Source: Felis catus (Eukaryota). From it: a stretch of DNA of 64,000 nt. Numbering within the stretch: position 1 is the stretch's first letter; every line of letters starts with the position of its first letter. The stretch spans positions 222,644,001-222,708,000 of the forward strand of contig NC_058368.1 in the NCBI RefSeq assembly GCF_018350175.1. The letters are read 5' to 3'. Below, in pieces: positions 38,090-52,100 of this stretch. Below the pieces are notes generated by a model. It saw only the letters and a list, made by a program, of their open reading frames with translations. It made no database searches and was not told where the DNA came from. The position numbers were made by a program, and so were the translations under genes.

Positions 38090-38453
38090 TATCATAGGCT
38101 GAATGTTTGTGTCCCCACAAAATTCGTATGGTGAAATCTATCCCCAGTGTGATGGTGATAAGAGATGAAGCATTTGGGTGGTAATTAAGTCCTGAGAGTG
38201 GAGTCTTCGTGAATGGGATTAGTGACCTTCTAAGAAGAGATCAGAGAGCTAGATAGATGGCTCTGTTTCCCCATTGAGAGGCAGGAAAGTGGACAATAGG
38301 CAACATAGGGGAGGACCTTCCTGAGAACCCCACCATGCTGGCACCACTCTAATCATGGACTTTCAGCCTCCAGAACTGAGGAATACATTTCTATTGTTTG
38401 TGAGCCACTCCATCTATGACAATTTGTTACAGGAGCCTTAACTGACTAAGACA
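38090..38453 (+). mobile_element. MaLR solo LTR, MLT1A-like
   Basis: GGCTGAATGTTTGTGTCCCC start, GAATGGGATTAGTG, CAGCCTCCAGAACTG, ACTGACTAAGACA end. Confidence 0.85.
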
Positions 38454-39120
38454 TAGTGTTTATACTTACATTCATTAAAGTTCTGGCCATAAGCATTATT
38501 TTGATTGTCATGAACAGATAAGAGTAAAGATGCAAATACGTATTCTTTTAAAGTGAGAGGAAAAAAACAAACAAACACCCCCATACACTATGAATGAGGA
38601 TTCCCGAGTGGCTTGAATAATTTCAAGAGGAAAGAAAATCGAGTTGTTACCTAACTATGGTTGCATAAGCATAATCTATATAAAAGTCTTTGGTATTTAG
38701 ATTTGCTTTAGATGTCATAAAAAGCAATTTTGTCTCTGCAGAACTTCATCCTTAAATTACATTAACTTGAATTTTATTTGTTTTATAATGGTAGTGACTT
38801 ATTTTGTCAGATTTTACATTACAAAATATGCAATAAGCATAATCTGTTTAGACATAGTCTTATATTTGAATATAATTAAATAACACTTAAATAAAAAACT
38901 GAAACCAGTTCTCAGACCTATGAGTTATTGCATTTTTCTTTCCTCTTTAAAACAAGTCTGTGAATTATAGCACAAAAGTGTGAAAACGTAGGTCTAGGTC
39001 TACCTATTTTGCCTGGTCAAGTCTGTTCCATTTTTAATATCTCCAGCATTGCTTACTGTGAGTTGCTTTCAAGGACCCCACCAGAATGAAATGAAGCTCT
39101 TAAATGGAATTATTCCCTGT

Positions 39121-39680
39121 TGTCAGAGCCAGTAGCTCTGCACCCTGTAATTACCTGCTTACCAGATTCTATGGCTGCTGAGCATGGTCCCTGTACACTT
39201 GCTCCTTGAGATCGATCTCCATGCTATCTGCCCTGCTCCCTTCCCTGGAATGCTGATGAGGAAGGAAATCAACAGGCTCCCTTTCCCTCGTTTTCCAGTT
39301 GGATTTGGCCAATAGGAGGCCCCTGTGCAAGAGCGGAAAGGCGGAAGAGGGTGAACTCAAAGTATTTATTTTCTGGCTCTCCTCCTTAAATGTTCACCTG
39401 GGGCTGGAAGTGTCTCTTGACCAAAAGGCAGTTCCCCTCTCTAGGCTGCTCATCTCCAGCATTCTCTTCCAGAGTTAAAGTAGAGATCCCCAGAGTAAAG
39501 GAGAGATCCCTCTCCTCCTCTCTTTAGCCAAAGGGAGGCGATGGTCTGTAATTACTAGCCTTGCCTAGTTGCTTTTCTGCCATTTGTTCATGACCTTGGG
39601 AAAAGAACACTTATTAAACACGTTTATAAAACACAACTCAGATTATCCAAATATTGTTTTGTTAGGGATCTAATATACGT
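39121..39680 (+). mobile_element. ERV-L class solo LTR, LTR33/LTR16-like
   Basis: TGTCAG start, CCAGTTGGATTTGGCCAATAGGAGGCCCC, AGTATTTATT, TTATTAAAC signal. Confidence 0.6.
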
Positions 39681-39870
39681 CATGATGACAGATTGTTCTT
39701 TTAAAACCTCGTTTCATTTCTAGCATGTTGTGTGGAATGAATACGCTCAATAGATATTTCTTTGATGGATAACATAAGCATTATTTAGAAATACTGATTA
39801 ACTCAAAATTAAAATTCAGATCTAATAAAGGACAATCTGCTGGCTACACAATTACCTTAAAAATATCTTT

Positions 39871-40081
39871 GGGGCTCCTGGGTGTCTCAGTTGGTTAAGC
39901 GTAAGACTCTCAATTTTGGCTATGGTCAGCTATCACAGCTCCTGACGTCAAGCCCCATGTCTGGTTCTGAGCCTTCAGTTCAGAGCCTGCTTGGGATTCT
40001 CTGTCTCCCTCTCTCTCCCCATCGCAAACATGTGCACGTATGCTCTCAAAATAAATAAACATTTTTGAAGAGATTAAAAAA
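39871..40081 (+). mobile_element. CanSINE
   Basis: TSD TAAAAATA(T/C)CTTT at 39858-39870 and 40082-40094. Confidence 0.92.
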
Positions 40082-40282
40082 TAAAAATACCTTTAAGTTT
40101 CATTTATTTTAACCTTTAGTTAGCTTATATTATTAAAATTCTGTGGATTGAAACCCAAGCTGCCAAGTTTTGAAGAAATAACTGTGTTTAAATTACTTCT
40201 GCATAGATTGTGGGACTCCAGTTTTTGTGTTTTTCATAGAACATGAGCATGCATTAGCAGTTTCTCAAGTATGCCCAGTTTT

Positions 40283-40514
40283 GGATATGAGGGCGATCTG
40301 GCTGTGACATCTGTCATCCCATTCATTGCCAGGGTTGATTTGGCTGATCTGGCTGCCTAGACAGGTGTTCCCTTCCTTCCTTACTGTTCCATGTGTGTCC
40401 CTCCCAAAGCCTCGGGCTTGGTCAAAAAGGATGACCTTCCCTGATACAGGAGGACCTTTTTTCAGTCAAGGGTATACGTGTACCTGTGCTCCCCTGTTAG
40501 AAACTCCAAACAAG
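40283..40514 (+). pseudogene. RN7SK: 7SK RNA retropseudogene, 5'-intact and 3'-truncated
   Basis: Colinear with 7SK from its 5' end (GGATATGAGGGCGATCTGGCTG) through CAGGGTTGATTTGGCTGATCTGGCTG and GTCAAGGGTATACG to CTCCAAACAAG; many CpG-decay substitutions; last ~100 nt absent; imperfect TSD. Confidence 0.93.
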
Positions 40515-41460
40515 GTAAAATATGCCAAGTAGTTGTTTTACTATTGTTGTAATAACACAGCTGTCTATAGTTGCCTTTTGATGGCACATTAATGTTATCC
40601 AGGTCCTTCTATATAAAGTTAATGATAACTAATGTTGAATCTTTAGGCATGACAAGTATAATAAATCTCAAATTGAACAAACTATTTTATATGAGAGAAT
40701 CTTTGTCTTCTACATATTTGGGTTAATCAATAGACTTTAAAGGACACCTTGATGAGAGGGAAATGTGCATTTCAGAGATTTTAGATGCATTAGAAAATTT
40801 TTATATCAAAGATGTACTAAAATTGTCATTGATATTTTATGTTTACCTACTATACACATGTTGGAAATTTGGTTTGCTACTCTTTTCAATAGGAATTCAT
40901 CATATATTCTAATTATGCTGGAGTATAATAAAAACATAATAAAACATAGAAAACTATTCTACACACATTTGATGTACTCACAGATCCTATTAGATCTCCA
41001 GAACTCTCTGTCTCCACCGCTACTGCATTGGATTAAAATGAGTTCCACTGTCTCCTGACAGTCCATTCTACTACTTTTCAAGTCTCATTGAGTCTTGCCC
41101 TGCCACACTTCCTTATCTATGAGGTAGCTAAGATAATATTTCAAAAGAACGTATTTAATCTTCTCACTTTATTGCTTAAAATTATGTAATGTTTCCTGAT
41201 AGGATTTAGTGTCAACTCCTTAATTTTAAATATAATATTTTCTGATTTATAACCCATACTTACCTCTATAACCTATCACCTTCAATCATTGTCAAGAGTA
41301 TTTTGAGTGTTACACTGATTAATAATTTTAATGATTAAGTCCTTCCAGTTCTCCTAAAACAATAGATGGTTTAATTTTTGCTGTCACTACCTGGAAGGAA
41401 AATGGAGATTAGAAGACACATAGATACCCAGTCATATAAATTTTGAGTTTTGCTTGACAT

Positions 41461-41523
41461 GTATATATTATGTATCTGTATATATATCATGTCTGTATAT
41501 ATATCCAGGGGTGTGTGTATGTA

Positions 41524-41565
<42 letters not shown>

Positions 41566-41800
41566 CATACGCACACACATATATATGTGTGTGTATAGTT
41601 TTCTCTTTCATATGAAATAATTATGCATGTATATATGCATGTGTATATAAACACATACATCATAATTATATTACATGTATTATATATTTTCTTAATAAGG
41701 GGTTAAGTAAGTCAGCATATTTTTATTATATGAAATAATTATATGTACCTGTATATATGTACATATAGGCACATCTACATGTATGTATATATATATCATG
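41461..41800. repeat. (TA)n/(TG)n/(CA)n low-complexity region
   Basis: Direct inspection. Confidence 0.85.
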
Positions 41801-42729
41801 ATTATTAATATAATAAAAATAGCTCTAAAAATGTCATGCAAATATTTAAAAAAACATTTAGATATATTTAGATTTGTGAAATATTTTATTCCTTTGTCAC
41901 ATTTTAATGTAAACCTTTCCAAACTTTGTCATGGGCTTCGAACACTCTATGGATTTATAATTGAGAATCACTGTAAGCATTTTGTACAAACCATTTCCTC
42001 TGCCAAATTTTTCTCTTTCCTCAAATTACTACCGCAGTTACATTTAGTATGAAATGTCCTTTCTTTCCATTGGACCATCACATCTCCATTTCAATTTTAT
42101 TTCTCCACTAAGCTTTCCCTAAACTCTCCAAAGGTGGATGGCTTCTCGGTCAGTTATTATGTTCCACAGCACTCAATCTTACCTCCATTGTGGGTGTGAT
42201 GTATTGTGTTGTCTTTTCTCTTTGGTTTCTTTTTCCCAGTTCACTTATGAGTCTCAAGATCACGACAGGTATCTTCATTACCAAGATAGGCTTACTGCTG
42301 CCTACCGTGCCCAGGCCCAGCATGGTTATAAATAAGCTTTGGCTAGATCAGTGAGTACATCACAATTTCATTTGGTAAATCAAGCTTAAGAAGAGGGTAG
42401 AAGGCTGATTTACTGAACTCACTTCAGCTTTCTCTAGTTATGAACAAAGTTACTCACTTGTTTTTCCCTTCTTTGATAGTAGTATCACTGGGCAAGTGCC
42501 AGTATGCTTTCCTTGGCTTATTTGGAAAAAAATAAAAAGGTCTAACTGTGAAATAAGCACTGTTACAAGAAAGCGATAAACCAGTAATTGTATACCTTCA
42601 TGGTGTTAGAACTAGATTCTTATCCTGTGAAAATAATTAAATGCAAAACATTTGAGTACATGTATACTTATAACATATTCTGTGTAAAATATTTGTCACT
42701 GCACATAGATTTTTTTTAAGTGCCCTGGA

Positions 42730-42907
42730 GGGGCCCCTGGGTGGCTTAATCTGGTAAGTGACAGACTGTTGATTTCATCTCAGGTAATGATCTCATGGTT
42801 CATTCGTTCGAGCCCCATGTCAGGCTCTGAGCTGACAGTGTGGAGCCTGCTTGGGATTCTGTCTCCTTCTTTCTCTTTCCCTCCCCCGCTCAAGCTTGTG
42901 CATTTGT

Positions 42908-42956
<49 letters not shown>

Positions 42957-42978
42957 AATAAATAAATAAACATTAAGA
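42730..42978 (+). mobile_element. CanSINE with long (CT)n
   Basis: TSD AAGT(G/A)CCCT at 42718-42726 and 42979-42987. Confidence 0.92.
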
Positions 42979-43413
42979 AAGTACCCTTGAACATATTTCA
43001 TAAATACACACACTTACATACACATACAGCAAAATATTAGTATTGTAATTGATAGGCTTATTTTCACTTTATGGAATTACTTTCAGTCAGAAGTGACAGT
43101 TACTTAGATGTCTTTTTTATCATGTGCAAAATACAATCACTAATACCCATATTTACTATCAAATTAAATAATTTTCAAAAATATAGATATTTTGAATTTC
43201 AAGCTGGCTTTTTTTTACAAATAGTAAGTGATACAACATTGCAGATCATTAGTTGCTGGCTTAATTTGAAAAGAAAAATTAATGGCTATACATTTATAAA
43301 ATTTTAGATTGTCCTTCAGTCATAAAACAAGCATCAAATTGACATGGCCTATTTTTAAATTAATATTTACTTTATAAACATATTTTATAAAATCAATATA
43401 TTCATACACACAC

Positions 43414-43448
<35 letters not shown>

Positions 43449-44234
43449 GTTTATAGTCTATATTCAATACTGCAGCTTTATTTTTCTTATTTTCTATTTT
43501 AGATCTGTTAAAACACAGAATTAGACATAGACCTTAATAAAAGTGTTTGAGATACAAAGAAGTAATATAAATGCTGACCAACAGAGTAAATGTGAGGTCA
43601 TACACTGAAATTTTACTTAATCTACTTCAATATTTATTCATTATTTTTTGTAGCAGTCATCATCATATTTTACCTAAGAAAATTACATTTTCCTCTTGCA
43701 TTTTAAACTAGTATGTGAACTGGAATATCCTAATATTAGACAAAGAATGCTACCAAATTTTATTCAAACTTCACAGTTAATAGTGAAATCCTTTGTACAT
43801 AGGTTTATTCCTTGACTGTCTTGGATTTTATTTTAAGAATCTGGCCTATGTGACTTGGCATTTTATAGGTCATCATATCCCCTTTATCAACCAACCATTT
43901 TAAATCTTGCTTTCTGATACAAATCAGGTCAACGAGTATAAGCTCACGATCCTCAAATAGTGCATTTTGATGTATGGTGATTTGTGTTTCTCACCTTGGA
44001 TACAGTTGTTTTTTGTTTTTATTTTTTTTATATTTCATCAGATTCACCTCTATCTTTTGATTGAAGGAAGGCATTTATGGGAATACCAGAGACCCTGCGT
44101 TCCATCAAACAAAGGCAAATAACTTCAGAAAACTAGACAATGAGACCTAATACTTTTCTTCCGGGGGTTTATCAATTTCCAGTTCCCAGTACTAGACATG
44201 TGTGTATGCCATTTGCAGGAAGTGGGAGAGTTTA

Positions 44235-44449
44235 TTTTTTGTTAATTTTGTTGATGTTTAATTTGAGAGAGACAGACTGAAGGTGAGTAGGGGAGGGGCA
44301 GAGAGAGAGGGAGACACAGAATCCGAAGCAGTCTCCAGGCTCTGAGCTGTCAGAACAGAGCCCAATGGCGGGGCTCCAACTCACAAATTGTGAGATCATG
44401 ACCTGAGCCTAAGTTGCACGCTTCACCGACTGAGCCACCCAGGTGTCCC
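44235..44449 (-). mobile_element. CanSINE
   Basis: TSD GTGGGAGAGTTTA at 44222-44234 and 44454-44466. Confidence 0.94.
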
Positions 44450-45427
44450 ATAGGTGGGAGAGTTTAAAAACAAAGTGTTTCCTCGATATTCTTGGTTGAA
44501 AAGGCCAATGGCAAATCTTTGTTTTGTTTCCTATAATGCCATTTTTGGTTTTTAACTCACAGCTTATTTTGCATGTGAGTTCTACCATTTTTTGAACCTA
44601 CTCACACACAATCTTTCCCAACTGTGCTGTGTGCTTGTGAATACTTCTCTAATTTGTAAATGTCTCTTTGAATTAGCATCTCTCTGTTTGTAATACATTT
44701 GGCCAGAATCAAATCTGGCAGGACAAAGAGGGAAATAGGTTCAGCAATAAACCTAATCACCTGTGTGCTGAAAAGCCTTGCACATGGTTGATCTTGATCG
44801 TTGAGATGAAATATATTAATGCATATTTACTGAAAAATCTCAAGAACTCATTTCATAGACCTTTGAAAGAAAAGTATGTTCTATATTCCAAGAACATTTA
44901 TAGAAAAAAAAAGCAAAATAAAAACAAGCTCTCAATATTTGAAGAATAGTTCCTTCTGACAAATCTTGCTATGAACAGGTTTTGCATTCCATTTTTTTGT
45001 ACTTACTCAACCAGAACACCCATAGCAGAATCATGGCAAACACTGAAAACATAAAATTGAGTTTGTCTATATACAGTGAGTTGAAGTTAGTCATTATATT
45101 TTTTTTAATTCTGAAGTTATTAATGATAAATGAAACCATGAAGACTAGAAATATAGAAGTAATCAGAGCAAATCACTATTTATACTTTAAAAACTGTTTT
45201 CCCCTGCTATCTTTCCTGTGGTTTTCAAAGAATGTAAATCTGCATTCAATGCTCTGTATGCCATCCCAGCATTCTTAGACCTTGACTGAGAGTACAGTGC
45301 ATAACTACATGATGCTCATCAAAAAATACTGTGGAGGAGGAAATCATATTTATCAAAGGAACAGAATGTTGAAAAGACATGCAACTATTTTTTGAGTTTC
45401 ATCCTGATGAGTGTATCATTCACTTTC

Positions 45428-45656
45428 TTTTTTTTTTTTTTTAATTTTTTTCAACTTTTTTATTTATTTTTGGGACAGAGAGAGACAGAGCATGAACGGG
45501 GGAGGGGCAGAGAGAGAGGGAGACACAGAATCGGAAACAGGCTCCAGGCTCCGAGCCATCAGCCCAGAGCCTGACGCGGGGCTCGAACTCCCGGACCGCG
45601 AGATCGTGACCTGGCTGAAGTCGGATGCTTAACCGACTGCGCCACCCAGGCGCCCC
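45428..45656 (-). mobile_element. CanSINE, young SINEC_Fc type
   Basis: CpG-rich body, long T tail; short TSD ACTTTC at 45422-45427 and 45658-45663. Confidence 0.95.
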
Positions 45657-46948
45657 GACTTTCAATTACAATCATACTATTTTTTTGACTATTAGATGCA
45701 AGAGCCAACATCTACTTTGCACCTGCACTGGCATTTGCATGTCCCATTTGCCTAATTCTAAGTTTATTTTTTAATTATTATCTTCTACAGGCTTTTGATT
45801 ATTTTTAAAACATTTTTTTTTGCAATTTTCTGTAAGCTGCCTTGACTTCATTAGGTAAAAGCAAAGTTGTAAAAAGTTCATTTAAAAATTGGCATTTATC
45901 TTGTCATTCTCTGTTGTTTCACTTGACCTGTTAACCTACTTTACCAACAGACCTTTATTAGTTTTCGTGATATACTGTAACGTCTCAAGGATTTACTGTG
46001 AAGCTAATATAGCCTGTGTCTAAAACACAGAAAGTGTTTCTAGGAAGGTTGATAAACGTTATGGGGAAGTTAGATGACCTTTCAGTCCCAAATGAAACTC
46101 AAGGCTCCAAAAGTTTCATAGATTCTTGGACAGTACTGTTAAAATCCTCACTGTCATAAGTTTCCTACCTTGTTCTGACCTCAAATGCACTTCATTTCTG
46201 GTTTTGAACTACCTTCAAGAGAATAGTATTTAATCCAGTAGAGAGATTATCATCTGCCAAGTACCAAATAACACACAGCCACACTCCAAGGAGAGTTGAT
46301 TCCAACTTGGAATCAAGAATGTGAGATGAGAGCTCACTCCATCACCACCGATGTCTGTAATGATTAGAAGCATTCCTAAAGAACCGAAAATGGGTAAGTC
46401 AAGTGCCATACTTTCCACCATCAATTGCTTTCATTGGTATGCATTTGACCAAGGTCGTCAGCCCTCATAACTGAGGTTATGATCAGGCTGAAATAACTCC
46501 AACGTTCTGCTGAATGATTTGATGGTTAATTCCTGCTAGAAGCAACTCTGGAGCTGATTCACGCTGGTGACCTAAATGTCCATAGTGGACAACTGAGGCA
46601 GTGTCACATTTAATAGTGCCCCTAGTATGTCAGGTTGGACATAACTGCAACACATTTACAGAGTGTTTTTCCCCTCTTTTTTCTATCAACCAAATACTTT
46701 GTATTATTTCAAAATCTGATTTGTATCTTGGGATAAATATATCAAAAGTGTTGAGCTTGTTTATAATTTCATGACATCATGTATGACATGATAAATATCT
46801 CTTAAAACCATGTCCGGTGCAGAGCGTTCAGTAATAAATAACTGTGTTGATGATGATGATGATGTTTGCATTGGCCCTTACTCAGTTTGTACTGACCTGT
46901 AATTATGATTCCCAAGTTTTTCACAATTATTCAAAACAATGTGCGATT

Positions 46949-47146
46949 GCAGCACCTGGGTGGCTCAGTTGGTTAAGGCTCAGGTCATGATCTCACAGTT
47001 TGTGAGTTCGAGTCCCACTCAGGTTCTGTGCCGATAGCTTGGAGCCTGGAGCCCGTTTGGGATTCTGTGTCTCCTTCTTTCTCTGCCCCTCCCCCACTCA
47101 CACTCTGTCTCTCATTTTCTCAAAAACAGATAATAAACATTAAGAA
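46949..47146 (+). mobile_element. CanSINE with small internal deletion
   Basis: TSD AAAACAATGTG(C/A)GAT at 46933-46947 and 47147-47161. Confidence 0.92.
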
Positions 47147-47324
47147 AAAACAATGTGAGATAATACTAAAGCTTAGTGAAATCATATACAATATGGGAGC
47201 CAAAACTGACATTAATATAATTAGTTCAGACATTAAAATTTAGACACTGGTCAATTAGGCAGTTTTTAATTTTATTAAACAAATATTTTGACAGTTTATC
47301 CCTTAAAAAAGCTAGTTTTGTTCT

Positions 47325-47450
47325 TTCACTTTTGAGATAAGGAAACAGAGGCTTGTATAGGTTAAGAAACTTGTCTGTACTCACTCAAATTTTGAGGGAC
47401 AGAGTCAGATCTCCAAGAGATTTTCAAACTAAACTCGCTTTTTCTTCCAC
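47325..47450 (-). mobile_element. MIR core fragment
   Basis: TTTTGAGATAAGGAAACAGAGGCTTGTATAGGTTAAGAAACTTGTC. Confidence 0.7.
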
Positions 47451-47489
47451 AATAAATTACTTCACTGTGTGTTTATTATTTTCTAGGGA

Positions 47490-47523
<34 letters not shown>

Positions 47524-48968
47524 ATGTGTGTAGATGGTGGTAGAGAGAAATATTTACTACATAATTTTTAAACTATATTAACTAACATAAATCTTTTATT
47601 TAACCACTGACAGAGTAAAATTCTTTCCTAGGATTTTTGTTTTAAATGTACTTATATCACTTTCCCAAATGTTCAAAAAGCCCTAACCATCAACTTCCAT
47701 TAACTTCCAATATAAAAACAAAATTTCCATTGCTTTATTATGGAGAACATATTGTCATAACTTCTTATGAGTCCTCATTTTGACATATAAAGCTCTTTTT
47801 AAGTGTTTGGAAGAGACATGATCAATGGCATTTTAGAGCTGCAAGCTAACATTGATTCTACGTAAGTATCCAGTAATCTCATGGCTGAGAATATAACGGG
47901 ACAGCAGAGGGGTTCAAAAAAGGGATCCGTTCTCTCTTTAGTTTCATTACTATCATTTATTTTACATGAGGATAGATTAGGAAATTTTAGTTTCCATCAA
48001 CTTTCCTCAGATGTCTGTGCCCGAGAACTTTGATTATAAGATCTTGGCAATGTAGATATGTTTTCATTGAATCCCAGCATGGGACCACCACAGGAGTGAT
48101 GATCAATTTCACACAACGTACAATTTCAAATTAGCTGACTTGTAATATTGTTTCCTTTTCTATTTCCACCAAGAAGCCCAGGAGCTGATTTGAGATTCAT
48201 TTTACATTCAGTAAACAAAATGAAATCTTTTTCTGCCACTACTCCCATCCTCAAAGAATAGAAGAATGTGGCAAAGATTAATGGTCATGATTAACTCCCT
48301 ACAGGTTGTGGTTTCATGCCCCAGTGATTATTCTGTCATTATTCTGCATGAGACGCTGCCAGAACCACATAAGATTTCGGCCACAGAGCTAGACAAGACC
48401 AAAAGGTCAGGCTATTTAGTAGCTTGATACTCCCTCATTCTGGCGAGTGTACTCCTGGCAAAATCATTCCAATTACATAATTAAAGTGTTATCATGGGTA
48501 TATTAGATTATGCAGTTGAGTCTATTCTGAAGAATAATAGGCTGAAATCAAGAGACGAAAGCACCATTTCCTTTTAAAGCATACAGCATATCTGCATGAT
48601 GAATTCATTGGACAAGTAGCTTCGATCAAGATAATTACGAGTAGTTTTAAAATCACCTCTCACCCACTGTCTCCTCCCCATTCTTGTTTTAGATCCTGCC
48701 GTTTCGTGAATCGTAGATTTTTGAATGTCTGCCCATTTCCTGGAGTCACATCCTTCTGTTCTATGTTGTGGAAGAATGGGACATTTAGTTTATCAGTATA
48801 TCTACAATTCCCTTTCTGTTGGCGAAGTCCTAATGCTTTAAGTTTATCAATGGGAGAAGACACAGTTTCTGTTGCAAAATAGAATGTTCTTCAAATTCTC
48901 TAAAACTCAAAGATTAATTTCTATTTTCTATTGGGAAATGTCTACCAATTTAAAATAAGTGGTTCTTA

Positions 48969-49176
48969 GGGGCACCTGGGTAGCTCTATCGGTTGAGTGT
49001 CCAACTTCGGCTCAAGTCATTATCTCACTGTTTGTGAGTTCGAGTCCCAAGACAGGCTCTGTGCTGACAGCTCAGAGCTCAGAGCCTGGAGCCTGCTTCG
49101 GATTCTGTGCCTCCCTCTCTTTGCCCCTCCCCTACTTGCACTCTCCCTGTCTCAAAAGTAAACATTAAATATTTTT
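48969..49176 (+). mobile_element. CanSINE
   Basis: TSD AAATAAGTGGTTC at 48953-48965 and 49177-49189; internal CTCAGAG duplication. Confidence 0.93.
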
Positions 49177-52100
49177 AAATAAGTGGTTCCTAAACTTCTC
49201 CAAATTCCTCAATTTTTTTTTACTAAATATTACTCATATTCCTTAGATGTTGGGATATGGTCGGGCTAGGGTGCCATCACTTTAAGTTGCACAGGCAAAG
49301 ATAGTCAGATGTTGATGCCAGAGAAAACCATATAAGTATTTCACAAAGGTAGAACTTTGAATAAACTTTCCTCTATGCTTTCATTCTTCAAAAAATTATA
49401 TTTTGTGTAAAGTCTTCTCCATACCCTGAAAAGAGCGTTTGGCACTGGTTACATTTTAACTATTAGCTTTGGTGCCAATCTACTTCGAGATGTTCAGTAT
49501 TTGACTTATAAGGCAATTAAGTTTTCGTGACTTATAGATATTTAAAAGGGCATTCAAACATCTAGGCATGTTAAAGAAAACATACATGATAACAGGTCTA
49601 TGTACTTGGCAAGGGCTTGCCTCTTGTGAATGCTAGTTGAGTTATCAAGTGAAGTACCTGGAGTATTCTTTCAATTCTATTCAAACTTTGCCTGATGAAG
49701 AGAGAATTGGGATGCGAGCAGGAACCCTGTTTCTATTAATTTCCCTTCTTTTTTTGACCAAGAATGAAATATGGGTTAGTCTCATGTAATGTCTTCTCTT
49801 TTCTCTACCATTCTTTTATCCTCAACATACATTTTAATTTTTTAGCAATTCAAAAGGTGGCCATACCTCTGTTTTCCACATCCATAAGTAAGACGGTGTA
49901 TGGTGTGGCCAGTTTGTGAAGATGGAATATGAATATTCCATAGGTAGTAGTATGCAAAGGCCCAGGACACAAAATAGGCAGGCTAGTGGGTGGGTCCTTA
50001 GCTAAATGATCAGCCAGAAACCATCTAGGCATTCCAATGCACCACATTAGCTGGCGACATGGAAAATGAAACCTGACATCATCTTGTTCTTCTGTGAGAA
50101 TGTGCACTTATGACACAAAATAAGTGTGTAGGAAAATGAGACATTTCTGAGCAAAACTGTACTTCTAAATTTACCATACTGTTATGGTTCACTATAAAAT
50201 TGTATGAGAAAGAGAAATCTAGGTGATGAGTTAAAACCTGGTGGGGCACAGCAGGTTCTGAAAACCCAGTGGTAGTCAAAGGACTAGAGGGGGGATGGCA
50301 AGCCCATCTTTCCACATAGAGGTTACTTGCAGATTTAGACTCATTTAGACTCCCCCCCCCAAGGCTCCATCAGGCTGTTTTTATACAGAAGAAAGCTTTC
50401 CTGCCTTCATGTCCCTCCCCGATATCTTCTCTAGCCCCCACAATCAAAAAGACCATCTTCATTGGAAGCAGAATAAAGCCAGAACTGCCAAAGACTCCCC
50501 CTTGAGTTTTCTGAACTGTTAAATTATAACAATCTGAGTTACTCTCTTACACTTTGATTGTTCTGCCCTGTCAACTGCCTCCAAGTTGAAAGCCGCCTCT
50601 GAAGCATGTTACATGCAGTAATAACTTGCGGTGGCATAGGCTAACTCCGTTTTACCAGACTCCTCCCAGAATTTGCATTACACCTTTCCCTGACTGCCCA
50701 GAAGCTCTTTGCAGCCCCAGCACTCATTCTGAGGAGTTGCTCAGAACTACACAATCGGAGGCATTAGGAAAGTTGTTTATTCTTGCCAAGACACTTCTCT
50801 CGCTGTTTCTTTTAGCTGTTTCCTTGTTAGTATTCACTGAATTCTGAACTCCCCGGGGAACCATGGATATGTTCATTACATATTCAATAAATAGATAGAA
50901 GGATTTTTCTGGCAACAAGTAAATCTAAAGGAGAGCAGGGAACTAACTGGTGGTATGTCCTTCATCCTGGGAATGGTTAGACTGCCGACAGTTTTATTTA
51001 TTCTTTAGCAGAAGAAAAGAAAAAGTGGGAATTTTTCAATGAGTTTAATTATCTGCTGGTGATTTTTATTTTTTAAATTTTTTTTGGTGATTTGATTGAT
51101 TTATCTTTTGTACTCATTGAAATTAAAGCCTAAGAGAAGTTGGTAATAGTGTATCCAGGATGTAACATTCTCAAAACGATTTAAATTTTGTGTCTTTTAA
51201 TGAAAAGGAAAGCATGTACGTCAAACAGATGCTCTTCAAAGAAAGTCACATATGTGTTACTTTATAAAATGATAGAAAATAAATCTAGATAGTGTTCATG
51301 GTCTCTGCAAAACAATCAAACTGGTTTTTTAAACAAAGCCACAAAAACTGTGAGGTAAACAGTCTGAGCTATAGACGGGTAACTGAAACTTACATAGGTA
51401 TTTAGGCTTGGGGATACTAATTTACTTGCCTATTTACTTAACTCCAATTCCCTTCCACTCAAGAAGTGGTTTATAATAGGGGGCATGTATTTGTATCATG
51501 TAGGAAGTGTTTTATTTATGCATTTGCATTGCTTATTCTAATTAGATTGGGAATTAGGAACTTTTTAAGATTTGCAGGTGTTTTTAATATACTAGCGGGA
51601 CAAGAAATTGTGTTAGAAGTAAGGCAGTCTCTTTATGAATGATACAGAAAGAAAACACCTTTCTGCAATAAATTCATAGCCAGCTTTATTCCTCCAATTA
51701 TGAATGATACCTGTGATAATCCCTCCATGTTCTAGTGCTTAGGGAAAAATGTGAAAATGAATTAATCATACCCTCCATCACGATTATTAATATTTGGCCA
51801 TACAAAATCCATCCTGAACATGAAGTATGTCCATCTTGATAGAGGACATAAGATACGTCCTCTTTGAAATACAGCCTATTAACCTATAAAAGAATAGTGG
51901 TTCTCCAGAAAAATCATGTGTTATCAAAAATCCTCTTATTAATGATAATGTTTCACCACTAGAAAAAAAATGTGTGTGCCTAGGGATTATGTACTAGATA
52001 ACTTCAAACTCATATTATACATATTTTTTTTTGTCCTAGAAGAGTTTCAATTAAAAAGGATTTTCCAGGCTACAAATACATAGTTTAAAATGTAAACATC

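Noticed and set aside
39469..39510. ~21-bp tandem duplication (CAGAGT(T)AAAG(T/G)AGAGATCCC x2)
   Set aside because: A local slippage duplication within an old LTR with no sign of function.
40283..40514. Functional 7SK gene
   Set aside because: The 3' ~100 nt and terminator are missing, there are many substitutions, a TSD is present, and no upstream type-3 Pol III promoter is evident.
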